From: Candidatus Iainarchaeum sp.
Lineage (GTDB): Archaea; Iainarchaeota; Iainarchaeia; Iainarchaeales; GCA-2688035
Direction of reading: 5' to 3'
Assembly (NCBI GenBank): GCA_017610205.1
Contig: JAFCCL010000012.1
Coordinates: 1-27,870 of the forward strand
DNA length: 27,870 nt
Shown: one piece after another, positions 14,915 through 24,488 of the stretch
How the letters are laid out: each line of letters starts with the position of its first letter
Numbering within the stretch: position 1 is the first letter of the stretch
Program-made: the position numbers and the translations under genes
Notes under the pieces: model-generated
Databases searched by the model: none
The model's input: only the letters and a program-made list of their open reading frames with translations
Told to the model about the DNA's origin: nothing

Positions 14915-16408
14915 CTAATAGATGATTTGGGATATTGGCAGGAATGAAAGCAATATTGAGAAAATTATGAGAAGTAAAATAAACAGGCTGATGAAGTAAA
15001 TTGCTCCAAGCTTCAGGCTCTTTTTCTTAAAGCAAATATATCCTGCTGCCAAAAATCCTGCGAAGAATATTGTAAACAGGAACGGCACCCAAAAATAAAT
15101 CCTAAAGAATGCAACATAAAGGAAAAAGCCCATTGTAAAAACCGGCAAGGCTGCAATTGCCTTGAAAATTATATTGTTCTTGAATTTCTCCTCAGCCCAA
15201 AAGACAGCTGCTCCGACGCCAAAGAAAAAGATTGAAAGTGGAAGAATAATTAAGGCAAAAATAATGCAGAAAATAGCAATTGCAAACAAAATCCCAAGTA
15301 GCTCAATCAACTGGTCATCAGAAGAAACATAGTTTGGGGAATATTCAGGATTGAAAGGCTTTTCAGAGAAAAAAGAATCAGTCAAGAGCTTGCTTGTATT
15401 CCCGCTAAAAGTTGATGAAGTAATACAATTACCTTTTTCAAAGCCCTGGCTTTTGGCAAAGCTTGGATTTTGCACAGCCGATTGGAACAAAAAATAGCCA
15501 TCTTTGTCATCAAAGCAGTTTTCACCAATCAGGAAAAGTTTTGCATCTATATGGCCTTCATTGACACTTGTCATATGCATTGGATATGTTGGCTCTAATG
15601 GAGTAAAGCTGTATTTTAAAGGAGTGCTAATTCCAAGGCTTAGGGTTGCCAGAACTGTGACAGCTTGCAGGTTGGCTGCATCACATTCTTCATAGTAGGG
15701 CATTTCACTTTCAACAAATTCTTCAAGCTCTCTGGCAATATATGGTTCAAACATAAGCCTTTCATCAAGGTAAAATGCTTCGGTACACTCCCTGTCGTAA
15801 TCAGTGATTGCAATACCAGGATACTTGTTCTGCAGGTTTACCTTGTTTGCAATAAAATAAAATGGCTTATTGTAATTGGATTCCAATTCAATATAATAAT
15901 CCAAAACATTTTGCTTTCCTTCCGGAAAAGAATATTCGTTTTGGTTAAGCCAGTTTAGGAGAGCGCTGCCGTCAGTTGCCTTCAAAATTGTAATGTCATA
16001 AATGTCAAGCTTTTTTGATTCTATTACTTCAACCTTTGGCGCTTCAGAGCTTATTCCACCAAGGACAGGAACAGCCATATTCCAGCCATCTGATTTTCCG
16101 ACATTAAACAACTCTGCAATTTTAAAAAAAATTTCTTCACTTGCCTCATCCACTTCAGGCTTTGAACTGCTTTGAATCGGAACAACCCAGGCAAAGTCCA
16201 TTACTTGATCCATGCTAACTTTTGTTGAAATAATAAGCTGTTCTTGGTTTCCATCCCAATACAAAACAGCCTTTTGTTCCGGCATCAGAATATCGTCATA
16301 CAATCCATAATCAGGCGGCATTATGCATCCGTCAGCAAAAACAGAGGAAAGAGAAACCAATGATAGTAGCATGACAAATGTTACACAGGTTAAATGACTT
16401 TGGGCCAT
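14915..16408 (-). CDS. DUF2330-like secreted domain with C-terminal multi-TM anchor
   Basis: Signal peptide then ADGC, EQKAVLYWDG, DFAWVVP, YDITIL, LLNWLNQNEY; about four C-terminal TM helices. Confidence 0.8.
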   Translation of the reverse strand: MAQSHLTCVTFVMLLSLVSLSSVFADGCIMPPDYGLYDDILMPEQKAVLYWDGNQEQLIISTKVSMDQVMDFAWVVPIQSSSKPEVDEASEEIFFKIAELFNVGKSDGWNMAVPVLGGISSEAPKVEVIESKKLDIYDITILKATDGSALLNWLNQNEYSFPEGKQNVLDYYIELESNYNKPFYFIANKVNLQNKYPGIAITDYDRECTEAFYLDERLMFEPYIARELEEFVESEMPYYEECDAANLQAVTVLATLSLGISTPLKYSFTPLEPTYPMHMTSVNEGHIDAKLFLIGENCFDDKDGYFLFQSAVQNPSFAKSQGFEKGNCITSSTFSGNTSKLLTDSFFSEKPFNPEYSPNYVSSDDQLIELLGILFAIAIFCIIFALIILPLSIFFFGVGAAVFWAEEKFKNNIIFKAIAALPVFTMGFFLYVAFFRIYFWVPFLFTIFFAGFLAAGYICFKKKSLKLGAIYFISLFILLLIIFSILLSFLPISQIIY

Positions 16409-16514
16409 AATTTACAAGGTACTTAACGCTTTTCAACTTTATTAATTTTTCTTAAGGCAACATTCGCAAAGAAAACCATTTCTGTGCGCCGGTTTTCTGC
16501 AAAAAAAATTTAGA

Positions 16515-16901
16515 TTATTTGCCCTGCTTTGTTTTTTTGGAAGATTCCTCTTCAGGCAAAAACTCGTCAAGCAAATCGTCTTCAACAAGCTCTTCTTCAG
16601 AAACCCCACTTTCTTCAGGCAAAGGATCTTTAGCCGAGGAGTCTTCAGGCAAAAGCTCTTCACCCACTAGCTTTTGGGTTAGGGGTTCTTCAGCTTTGCC
16701 TTGCAATGCAAGCTGTTTTTTGTACTGTGTATAAAAGTAAAAGGCAAGAATTGCAATCGCTGCAACAATTACAATAGTGTCAGCCCCTGGCCTCCAGTCA
16801 ATTACCAGAAAAACATAGGCAAGTAAAAATATTGGAATTAGAACGAACAGGATAATCATTCCAATGAATTTTTTTTGAGGTGTTGTTTTGAACTTTCTCA
16901 T
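16515..16901 (-). CDS. hypothetical 2-TM membrane protein with acidic tail
   Basis: Two hydrophobic segments, then degenerate LPEE repeats. Confidence 0.7.
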   Translation of the reverse strand: MRKFKTTPQKKFIGMIILFVLIPIFLLAYVFLVIDWRPGADTIVIVAAIAILAFYFYTQYKKQLALQGKAEEPLTQKLVGEELLPEDSSAKDPLPEESGVSEEELVEDDLLDEFLPEEESSKKTKQGK

Positions 16902-17048
16902 TGCAAGAATATTGTCTGAATTCTTATTTATTCTTTCCTATTTTGTTTCGGTTTTGAATTAGAAAGTTTATTGCCAAAAGCTGGTTTCCCAAGGGTTTTT
17001 ACGCAAGTAAAAAGGCTTTTAAATAAAAACGCAGTTTTCTAATAGGAC

Positions 17049-19622
17049 ATGAACGATTACGGAATGGAAGCGCCTGAAATTCTCTGGTTTAGGGAAATCA
17101 GAATAAAGGACATTTCAAGCGTTGGAGGAAAGGGAGCTTCTTTGGGAGAAATGGCAAACCACAATTTTCCGGTTCCGCCAGGGTTTGTAGTAACAGCCCA
17201 AGCATACTTCAGATACATTAAAGAAACAGGCATAAAAGACAGGATTGTAAACAAAATAGATGCAATTGATGTTGAAAATACTGAAGAACTTGCAGGAGTA
17301 AGTGAAGAGGTAAGAAACATTATTCTTGCAACACCAATATCTGAAACTCTTTCAAACGAAATCAAAAAGGCTTACGGGAAACTTGGAGAAAAAAAGCTTG
17401 CCTGGCTTACAAGCAGTGAAGCCGAATTTGTTGCAGTAAGAAGCAGTGCAACAGCAGAGGATTTGCCTGAAGCAAGTTTTGCAGGCCAGCAGGAAACCTA
17501 TCTCAATGTTAAAGGAAGAGAAGCTTTGGTAAAAACCGTTCAAAAATGCTGGGCTTCGCTTTTTACAGCAAGAGCAGTTTATTACAGAAAAAAACACGGG
17601 TTTTCCACAGAACAAGTAGGTATTGCAGTTGTTGTTCAAAAAATGATTAATGGACAAACCTCAGGAATAATGTTTACCGCAGAGCCAACAGGAGACGAAA
17701 CAAAAATTATTATAGAAGCAGGATTTGGTTTGGGTGAAGCAATTGTTTCTGGAAGCATCACACCAGACACATATACTGTTGACAAAGGCAGTTTTAAAAT
17801 CATTGACAAAAAGATTCACAGCCAAACGTTTAAGATTGTAAGAAAGGGCAGGGACAACATCAGGGAAAAACTTGGTTCCACTGTTGCAAAAAAACAAAAA
17901 ATTGACGACAAAGCAATTATGCAGCTTGCAAAACTTGGAAAGCAAATTGAAAACCATTACAAAAAGCCACAGGACATAGAGTGGACTATTGAAAACAAGG
18001 AACTTTTTATTGTACAAAGCAGACCAATAACAACACTTGGATTGAAAACAAGTGTTAGCAGTGAAGAAAGGAAAAAAAAGCTTGAAGCATTGAAGGACAA
18101 GATTGTATTGGAAGGTCTTGCCGCGTCACCAGGTGTTGCTTCAGGCAAAGTAAAGGTTGTAAGGAATGTTGCACAAATTGCCAAGGTTAAAAAAGGAGAC
18201 ATTCTTGTTTCACAAATGACAAGCCCTGACTGGGTGCCAACAATGAAAAAAAGCAAAGGCATAATAACCGACGAAGGCGGGGTAACATGCCATGCAGCAA
18301 TTGTAAGCAGAGAATTGGGAATACCATGCGTTGTAGGAACAGGAAGGGCAATGGAAATTCTGGAAGATGGAGATGCGGTAACTGTGAATGGCTATGATGG
18401 CTTGGTATACAAGGGAACTGTTGAACTTGAAAAACCAGAAGAGGTAAAAATTGAGGTTATAAAGATTTCAGATATTGAGCCTGTTGAAAAAGTTATAGAA
18501 GAAGTAAGCAAAGTGGCAAAAGAGGAAAAGCCTGTTGTTGAAGAAAGCCCTGAAAAAAAACGCGAAAAGGAATTTGCAGAAAGGGTGAAAGAAGAACGCA
18601 GTGAAATAATGGAAAAGGCTCCTGAAGAAGCAAAAGAAATAGTTGAAGAATTTGGAGATAAAAATGCAGAGGACATGCCAAAAGAAGAACAGGAAGATGA
18701 AGAGGGAAAAATTATTGACCTGCTTAGGAAAATTGCACCAAAGGTTAAAGTAAATGTGGCATTGCCAGAGGCTGCAGAAGCAGCGGCAAAAACAAATTCC
18801 GACGGGGTTGGACTGCTTAGAGCAGAACATATGATTACGTCATCCGGAAAGCATCCTGCAGAATTTATAAGAAACGGAGAATCTGAAGAGCTTACAAAAG
18901 TTATCAAGGAAGGAGTCAAAAAAGTTGCAGCCCTATTCAAAGGAAAGCCTGTGTGGTACAGAACATTTGACGCAAGAACCGATGAATTCAGGGAACTAAA
19001 AGGAGGAGAAAACGAGCCAGAGGAAGACAACCCAACACTTGGATGGCATGGAATAAGGCGTGATTTGGACATGCCTGAACTGTTAAGGGCACAGTTCAGG
19101 GCAATTAAGGAATTGCATGGAGAAGGGCTTTACAATGTTGGAGTAATGCTTGCATTTGTGCAAAGTGCTGAAGAAGTAAAAGCTGCAAAAAAGATAGCAA
19201 TTGAAGAAGGGCTTGAACCAGGAAAAAGCACGCAATTTGGAGTAATGGTTGAAACACCTGCATCAGTTTGGGGAATTGACGAAATTTTGAAAGAAGAAAT
19301 TGACTTTATTTCATTTGGAACAAACGACTTAACACAGCTTACTTTAGGAATTGACAGAAACAATGAACACATTCAAAAAAATTTCACAGAACTGCATCCG
19401 GCAATCCTCAGAAGCATCAGGCACGTTATAAAAAAGTGCAGAAAGGCAGGAGTTATAACAAGCATTTGCGGACAGGCAGGAAGCAAACCAGAAATGGTAA
19501 AACACTTGGTTGAATTCGGAATTGACAGCATTTCCGCAAACATTGACGCAGTTGAAAAAATAAAGAAAATTGTGCTTGCAGAGGAAAAAAAGCTTATTTT
19601 GGGAATGGAGCACAAAGGATAA
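17049..19622 (+). CDS. ppsA: phosphoenolpyruvate synthase (pyruvate,water dikinase)
   Basis: VGGKGASLGE, VAVRSSATAEDLPEASFAGQQET, PQDIEW, TCHAAIVSRELGIP (phospho-His), GVGLLRAE, SFGTNDLTQ, SICGQA. Confidence 0.96.
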   Translation: MNDYGMEAPEILWFREIRIKDISSVGGKGASLGEMANHNFPVPPGFVVTAQAYFRYIKETGIKDRIVNKIDAIDVENTEELAGVSEEVRNIILATPISETLSNEIKKAYGKLGEKKLAWLTSSEAEFVAVRSSATAEDLPEASFAGQQETYLNVKGREALVKTVQKCWASLFTARAVYYRKKHGFSTEQVGIAVVVQKMINGQTSGIMFTAEPTGDETKIIIEAGFGLGEAIVSGSITPDTYTVDKGSFKIIDKKIHSQTFKIVRKGRDNIREKLGSTVAKKQKIDDKAIMQLAKLGKQIENHYKKPQDIEWTIENKELFIVQSRPITTLGLKTSVSSEERKKKLEALKDKIVLEGLAASPGVASGKVKVVRNVAQIAKVKKGDILVSQMTSPDWVPTMKKSKGIITDEGGVTCHAAIVSRELGIPCVVGTGRAMEILEDGDAVTVNGYDGLVYKGTVELEKPEEVKIEVIKISDIEPVEKVIEEVSKVAKEEKPVVEESPEKKREKEFAERVKEERSEIMEKAPEEAKEIVEEFGDKNAEDMPKEEQEDEEGKIIDLLRKIAPKVKVNVALPEAAEAAAKTNSDGVGLLRAEHMITSSGKHPAEFIRNGESEELTKVIKEGVKKVAALFKGKPVWYRTFDARTDEFRELKGGENEPEEDNPTLGWHGIRRDLDMPELLRAQFRAIKELHGEGLYNVGVMLAFVQSAEEVKAAKKIAIEEGLEPGKSTQFGVMVETPASVWGIDEILKEEIDFISFGTNDLTQLTLGIDRNNEHIQKNFTELHPAILRSIRHVIKKCRKAGVITSICGQAGSKPEMVKHLVEFGIDSISANIDAVEKIKKIVLAEEKKLILGMEHKG

Positions 19623-19631
19623 TTTTATAAT

Positions 19632-20657
19632 ATGCCTTTGGCAAAAATTCTTTTTATGATAGAGTTTGACTTAAAAAAAGCAGTGCAGGAAATAAAGGAA
19701 AAAAAGGCAAAAAATGTTGCCCTGCAGGTCCCTGAAGGAATGAAACCACAGTTAATTGACTTAATTGAAAAAATAGAAAAAAAGGCAGGGGTTAATGTTT
19801 TTGCATTTGTTGACCCATGCTTTGGAGCATGTGGAATCAAGGATGTGGCAACAAAGGAATTGGGAGCCAGCCTGCTTGTGCACTTTGGACACAGCAAATT
19901 TGTGGAAAAAGAAGCCATTGAAACCATTTATGTCCCGGTTGAATACAAACCAAACAAGAAAAGCAGTCTTATACTTGCAGAAAAACTTGCAGGGCAAATG
20001 AAAAAAAATAAATTTAAAAAAATTGCTTTATGCAGCACAATTCAGTTTGCAAAACATCTTAAGATGCTTAAAACAGAAATGAAAAAAAAAGGATTTAAAA
20101 TTTTTGTTGGAAGAGGCAAAAATGTTGAAACAGGACAAGTGCTTGGATGCAACTACAGTAGTGTTAAGGCAATGGAAGGCAAAGTCAACGCAATTGTGTT
20201 TGTTGGCGACGGATTGTTTCATCCGCTTGGACTTAGCTTTGCAGTAAACTTGCCTGTTTTTATTGCAGAACCAATTGAAGGCACAGTGAAAGAACTTGGA
20301 TTGCAAAGAGACCTGTTTTTGAGAAAAAGAATTGCGATGATTGAAAAAGCAAAACAGGCAAAAAGCATTGGCATCTGGGTTTGTACAAAAAAGGGACAGC
20401 AAAGAATGGCACTTGCAAAACTTTTGGAAAAAAAGTTTAGGCGAAAGGGAAAAAAGGCATATATTTTTACCAGCAACCTCCTTGTCCCGGATTACATTGC
20501 CGGAATTAATATTGAAGCAATTGTAAGTACAGCCTGCCCAAGAATTGCATTGGATGACAGTTCGCTTTTCAAAGTCCCAATAGTAAACCCTGAAGAAGCG
20601 CTTGTAGCATTTGGAGAAAAAAAGATTGAAGTATATTCCTTTGATGAACTCTGTTGA
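19632..20657 (+). CDS. dph2: diphthamide biosynthesis radical-SAM enzyme Dph2
   Basis: LQVPEGMK, CFGAC, HFGHS, GQVLGC, GDGLFHP, ACPRIALDD; start may be ATG 19657. Confidence 0.95.
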   Translation: MPLAKILFMIEFDLKKAVQEIKEKKAKNVALQVPEGMKPQLIDLIEKIEKKAGVNVFAFVDPCFGACGIKDVATKELGASLLVHFGHSKFVEKEAIETIYVPVEYKPNKKSSLILAEKLAGQMKKNKFKKIALCSTIQFAKHLKMLKTEMKKKGFKIFVGRGKNVETGQVLGCNYSSVKAMEGKVNAIVFVGDGLFHPLGLSFAVNLPVFIAEPIEGTVKELGLQRDLFLRKRIAMIEKAKQAKSIGIWVCTKKGQQRMALAKLLEKKFRRKGKKAYIFTSNLLVPDYIAGINIEAIVSTACPRIALDDSSLFKVPIVNPEEALVAFGEKKIEVYSFDELC

Positions 20658-20677
20658 AAGAGGAGAATGCTAGCCTG

Positions 20678-21622
20678 TTAAAACTTTATGTTACCGGCAT
20701 GGGGTTCTTCATCATCCTCATAAAAGCCCAGTGTTTTTTTTGCCCTGGCCTTTTTTGCAGATTTTTTTCTTTTTAATTTCCGAACCCTTTTCTTTATCTC
20801 TTCCTCACCCTCAATTGCTTCTGTTGAATCAGACAATACAATTGTCCCCTTGAATTCAGTTCCTTGCACAGCTGCCTTGACGTTTTCCAAATCGTGTCCG
20901 TTCAAAAACAAGACAGTAATTGCACTTCTCTTTAAAATTATTGCTGCAGGCAAATCAAGGATAAGATTTTGACCTGGTTTCATTGCATTTCCTGAAAGAA
21001 TTTCAATAAGCTTTGAATGGCTTAGTTCAGTATACATTCTTGCAGAAGGGTGTGCAGAAGGGTCTGCTGTAAAAATGCCGTCAACATTGCTTAGGTTAAT
21101 TAATCTTGCCCCAAGGCATTCGGCAAGCAAAGCCGCAACTGCATCAGTTGTAAATCCAGGAATTAATCCGCCGTATATAGGAGTTTTGCCGGCGGCAAGA
21201 ATTTCGCCAGCACGGGAAATGTCCTTAAGCACATTAGGAAAAGAATTTTCAATAGAAATAAGCAAAAGAACTGCATTGGCTCTTGTAATTCTAATTCCCA
21301 ATTCATCAAGCTCAAAATTATTGGCCCCAAGATTTTTTGCAGTATTTACATAATCTCTTGCAACTCTTCCTCCGCCAACAACAAGAACAAGCTTGTGCCC
21401 CTGTCTTATGAGATCATTCAAACAATTTGAAATTGCCAAAACTCTTTCTGCGTTTGGCTTTCCATCCATCAAAATGCTTCCGCCAACACTTATTACAGTA
21501 ACATTCGAAATAGATGATGAAACATGTTGAGACGAATAATTTTCATGCGATGGTCTGATTATTTCAGTTTCTTCATCATTTTCTTTTTCCTTATTAAACA
21601 TTCCAAACATGTCTTCAAACAT
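20678..21622 (-). CDS. pyrH: archaeal UMP kinase with N- and C-terminal extensions
   Basis: VISVGGS, VVGGGRVAR, DELGIRITRANA, PGFTTDAVAA, SNVDGIFTADP, FKGTIV. Confidence 0.93.
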   Translation of the reverse strand: MFEDMFGMFNKEKENDEETEIIRPSHENYSSQHVSSSISNVTVISVGGSILMDGKPNAERVLAISNCLNDLIRQGHKLVLVVGGGRVARDYVNTAKNLGANNFELDELGIRITRANAVLLLISIENSFPNVLKDISRAGEILAAGKTPIYGGLIPGFTTDAVAALLAECLGARLINLSNVDGIFTADPSAHPSARMYTELSHSKLIEILSGNAMKPGQNLILDLPAAIILKRSAITVLFLNGHDLENVKAAVQGTEFKGTIVLSDSTEAIEGEEEIKKRVRKLKRKKSAKKARAKKTLGFYEDDEEPHAGNIKF

Positions 21623-21706
21623 TAAAAAATTCCCCGTCCTTTTGTATTAAATGCTTTGTTTTATTAAATATTCTTAAGGCTTATTAAATATTATCCTTGC
21701 AAGGTT

Positions 21707-24478
21707 TTGGTGAAAACAATGGCAAACAATGGAATTGAAGAGATTGCAGAAGCCGATATGGTGGTTTTCAAAAAGAAACTGCGAAAGATGTCTGCTTTCA
21801 AAGGAAAGGGAACAGAACTTATTTCGCTTTATCTTCCGCCTGACGTAGACAGGAGTCTGGTCACAGGACAATTGACGGAGGAAATGTCACAAAGCAGCAA
21901 TATCAAAAGCCCAACCACAAGAAAGAACGTGCAGGGGGCTTTAAGAAAAGTACAGAATTTTCTTAAATCAATAAATTTTAAGCTTCCAGAACAGGGAATT
22001 GTTGTTTTCTGCGGAAATGTAAGCCAGCAGGAGGGAAAGCAGGACATACAGCTTTTTACATTAAAACCAGTGAAAAGACTTAACACAAAGCTTTACTGGT
22101 GCGATTCAGAATTCCATTTAGGTCCATTGCAGGAAATGGCACAGCCCTCAGAAGTTTTTGGAATTTTAACAATTGACAAAAATGAGGCAACAATTGCAAT
22201 CCTTATAGGAAAAAAATACGAAATTTTGGGACATTTTACAAGCACAGTTGCAGGAAAGACAAGGGCTGGGGGGCAATGTCTTTTAGGAGATTCTCTGATT
22301 CAGCTTAGTGACGGAAACATTGTGAAGATAAGTGAGGTTGGCAATCCAGCAGCTGTCAAAAGTGTTGACTTTGGAAACTATTCAATTCAAGATTCGTTTA
22401 TTTCAAATAAGTGGAAGGAAAACAAGTTTAAGGCATTAAAAATAATTACAAGATACCCACAGATGAGTATTACTTGTTCCAAAGACCATAAATTCTTTTG
22501 CTGGAACCAAGGTAAAATAGAAGAAAAAACAGCCGCAGAACTAAAAGAGAATGAATTTCTTATAATGCCTGAAAGAATCCAAGTCACAAGCAACATCCAA
22601 CATATTAATACAAATTTCTTTAACAGTTATATTATTTCAAAAAAAGGACTTAAAGAATTGATTAGGACAAGAAAGGAACTTGAATTTAGCCAAAAAGAAT
22701 TTGGAAAAAAGATTGGATTGCATCAAGCTTCTGTTTCACGTTTTGAGTTAGGAAGATTTAATCCACGAATTAGCTATTTGAAAAAAGTTTGCCAGGGATT
22801 GAACTTGGATGCAGACCGATTTATTTCAGAATTTTGCAAGCCAAAAAGCGATTTGCGCTTGCCGGCAGAAGTTGATACAAATCTTGCTCAAATTATAGGT
22901 TATCTTCTTGGTGACGGAAGCATTGAGGATGAAAGGTTAAATTTCTATGAAGAAGACAGGGAAACCGCAATCTTTTATGAAAGGCTTTTGAGAAAAGTGT
23001 TTAATGCCAAGATAAGAACAGGATTTAGAGAAAGTAAAAACTATCATGAAATAAGATGCTACGGAAAACCAATTGTTAGATTGATAAGGCAGGAGTTTCC
23101 AGAGGTAAACAAAGCCAGAACATCTGTCATTCCCAAAAAGATACTGAAAAGCGAAAATGGGATTGTAGCAGCCTTCCTAAGAGGATTATTTGACGCAGAA
23201 GGCTATGTGACAAAAAGAGGGCTTTCGGCAGGAATGAATAATAAAATGCTTGTTAAGCAGATACAGATTGCTCTGCTAAGGTTTGGCATATTATCATCTG
23301 TACACGAATATGATAACAGGAGAAACCCTTATTCAAATAATACAAAATTTACTATAGATGTAACTGAAAGAAAATCTTTAAAAATATTCAAAAAAGAAAT
23401 TGGATTTTCTTATTCAAAAAAGAAGGAAAAATTAAAAGCAACAGTTAAAAGCAAGGGCTTTAGAAGCTGCGTTAGGCAAATATTTATATCAGGAAAAGAA
23501 GTCAGGCGAATGTTTGAAACAGAGGGATTTAATACAGAAGCATTTCCAAAAGTTTCAGACTTTTTTAGAAACCAACGGATGATTGGAAAAGAAACCTTTA
23601 GAAAATTCATAATATCACAAGTTAAGAATAATAAGAAGTTGAAAGAAAAGTTTGAAACAATATTCTCAGTTCCGTTACTTCCAGTTAAAATTCATAAAAT
23701 CAAAAAAATTAGTTTGCCAACAAAAATGCATGACATAACCGTAAAAAATTCGAATTTTCTTGCAAACGGAATAGTAGTTCACAACAGCGCACACCGCTTT
23801 GAAAGATTAAGAGAAGAAGCAGCCCAAAGCTTTTACAAAAAAATAAGCGAAAAAATGAATGGCATATTTTTGCCATATGGGGAAAATCTTAAGGGACTGA
23901 TTATTGCAGGGCCAGGCATTACAAAAAATTATTTTCTAAACCAGGAACTAATGGACAACAGACTTAGGAATATTATTATCGGAAGCATTGACACAGGTTA
24001 TACTGATGAATCAGGAATAAGGGAAACTGTTCAAAAAAGCGGAGAGCTTCTGAAAGGAGCTGAAATAACAAAGGAACGCAAAAACCTTGAAAAATTTTTT
24101 GAGGCAGTTGTAAAAACAGGTTTGGGAACCTATGGACAAAAAGAGGTTGAAAAAGCATTGCTAATAGGACAGGTTGACACAGTTTTGGTAAGCGAAGAAA
24201 TAGAATGGCAGATTTACAAATTCAAATGCGACAACTGCGAAACAGAACACGAAATTGTTGTAAAAGACCAATCTGATAAAGAAGCCAAAAAATTTAAATG
24301 CGAAAAATGCGAAAGTACCAATGCAGAACTTGTTGAGCAAATTGATTATATTGACTGGATAATGGAAAAGGCGAAAAGCACTGGCGCAAAAACAAAAATT
24401 ATAAGCACTGAAACCCCTGAAGGAGAGCAATTTTACAGGGGTTTTGGCGGCGTTGGTGCAATACTTCGATATAAGTAG
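21707..24478 (+). CDS. prf1: peptide chain release factor aRF1 precursor containing an intein
   Basis: GTELISLY, NIKS, YWCDSEF, GGQ|intein|SAHRFERL, C-terminal GFGGVGAILRY; exteins total 420 aa. Confidence 0.96.
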   Translation: MVKTMANNGIEEIAEADMVVFKKKLRKMSAFKGKGTELISLYLPPDVDRSLVTGQLTEEMSQSSNIKSPTTRKNVQGALRKVQNFLKSINFKLPEQGIVVFCGNVSQQEGKQDIQLFTLKPVKRLNTKLYWCDSEFHLGPLQEMAQPSEVFGILTIDKNEATIAILIGKKYEILGHFTSTVAGKTRAGGQCLLGDSLIQLSDGNIVKISEVGNPAAVKSVDFGNYSIQDSFISNKWKENKFKALKIITRYPQMSITCSKDHKFFCWNQGKIEEKTAAELKENEFLIMPERIQVTSNIQHINTNFFNSYIISKKGLKELIRTRKELEFSQKEFGKKIGLHQASVSRFELGRFNPRISYLKKVCQGLNLDADRFISEFCKPKSDLRLPAEVDTNLAQIIGYLLGDGSIEDERLNFYEEDRETAIFYERLLRKVFNAKIRTGFRESKNYHEIRCYGKPIVRLIRQEFPEVNKARTSVIPKKILKSENGIVAAFLRGLFDAEGYVTKRGLSAGMNNKMLVKQIQIALLRFGILSSVHEYDNRRNPYSNNTKFTIDVTERKSLKIFKKEIGFSYSKKKEKLKATVKSKGFRSCVRQIFISGKEVRRMFETEGFNTEAFPKVSDFFRNQRMIGKETFRKFIISQVKNNKKLKEKFETIFSVPLLPVKIHKIKKISLPTKMHDITVKNSNFLANGIVVHNSAHRFERLREEAAQSFYKKISEKMNGIFLPYGENLKGLIIAGPGITKNYFLNQELMDNRLRNIIIGSIDTGYTDESGIRETVQKSGELLKGAEITKERKNLEKFFEAVVKTGLGTYGQKEVEKALLIGQVDTVLVSEEIEWQIYKFKCDNCETEHEIVVKDQSDKEAKKFKCEKCESTNAELVEQIDYIDWIMEKAKSTGAKTKIISTETPEGEQFYRGFGGVGAILRYK
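22277..23785 (+). mobile_element. intein (503 aa) with XRE-like HTH and LAGLIDADG homing endonuclease
   Basis: Block A CLLGDSLI, block B CSKDHKF, IGYLLGDGS and FLRGLFDAEG, block F/G MHDITV..NFLANGIVVHN followed by Ser+1. Confidence 0.95.
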
Positions 24479-24488
24479 CTGGTTTTCA

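Noticed and set aside
16470-16498. AGAAAACC/GGTTTTCT hairpin containing TGTGCGC, faintly like the cassette arm
   Set aside because: Only short matches, no TATACTCAG or tRNA core; probably a local terminator-like hairpin or chance
18392-19072. 226-aa Ser/Phe-rich antisense ORF and similar shadow ORFs across the window
   Set aside because: Antisense shadows of E/K-rich codons in well-supported genes
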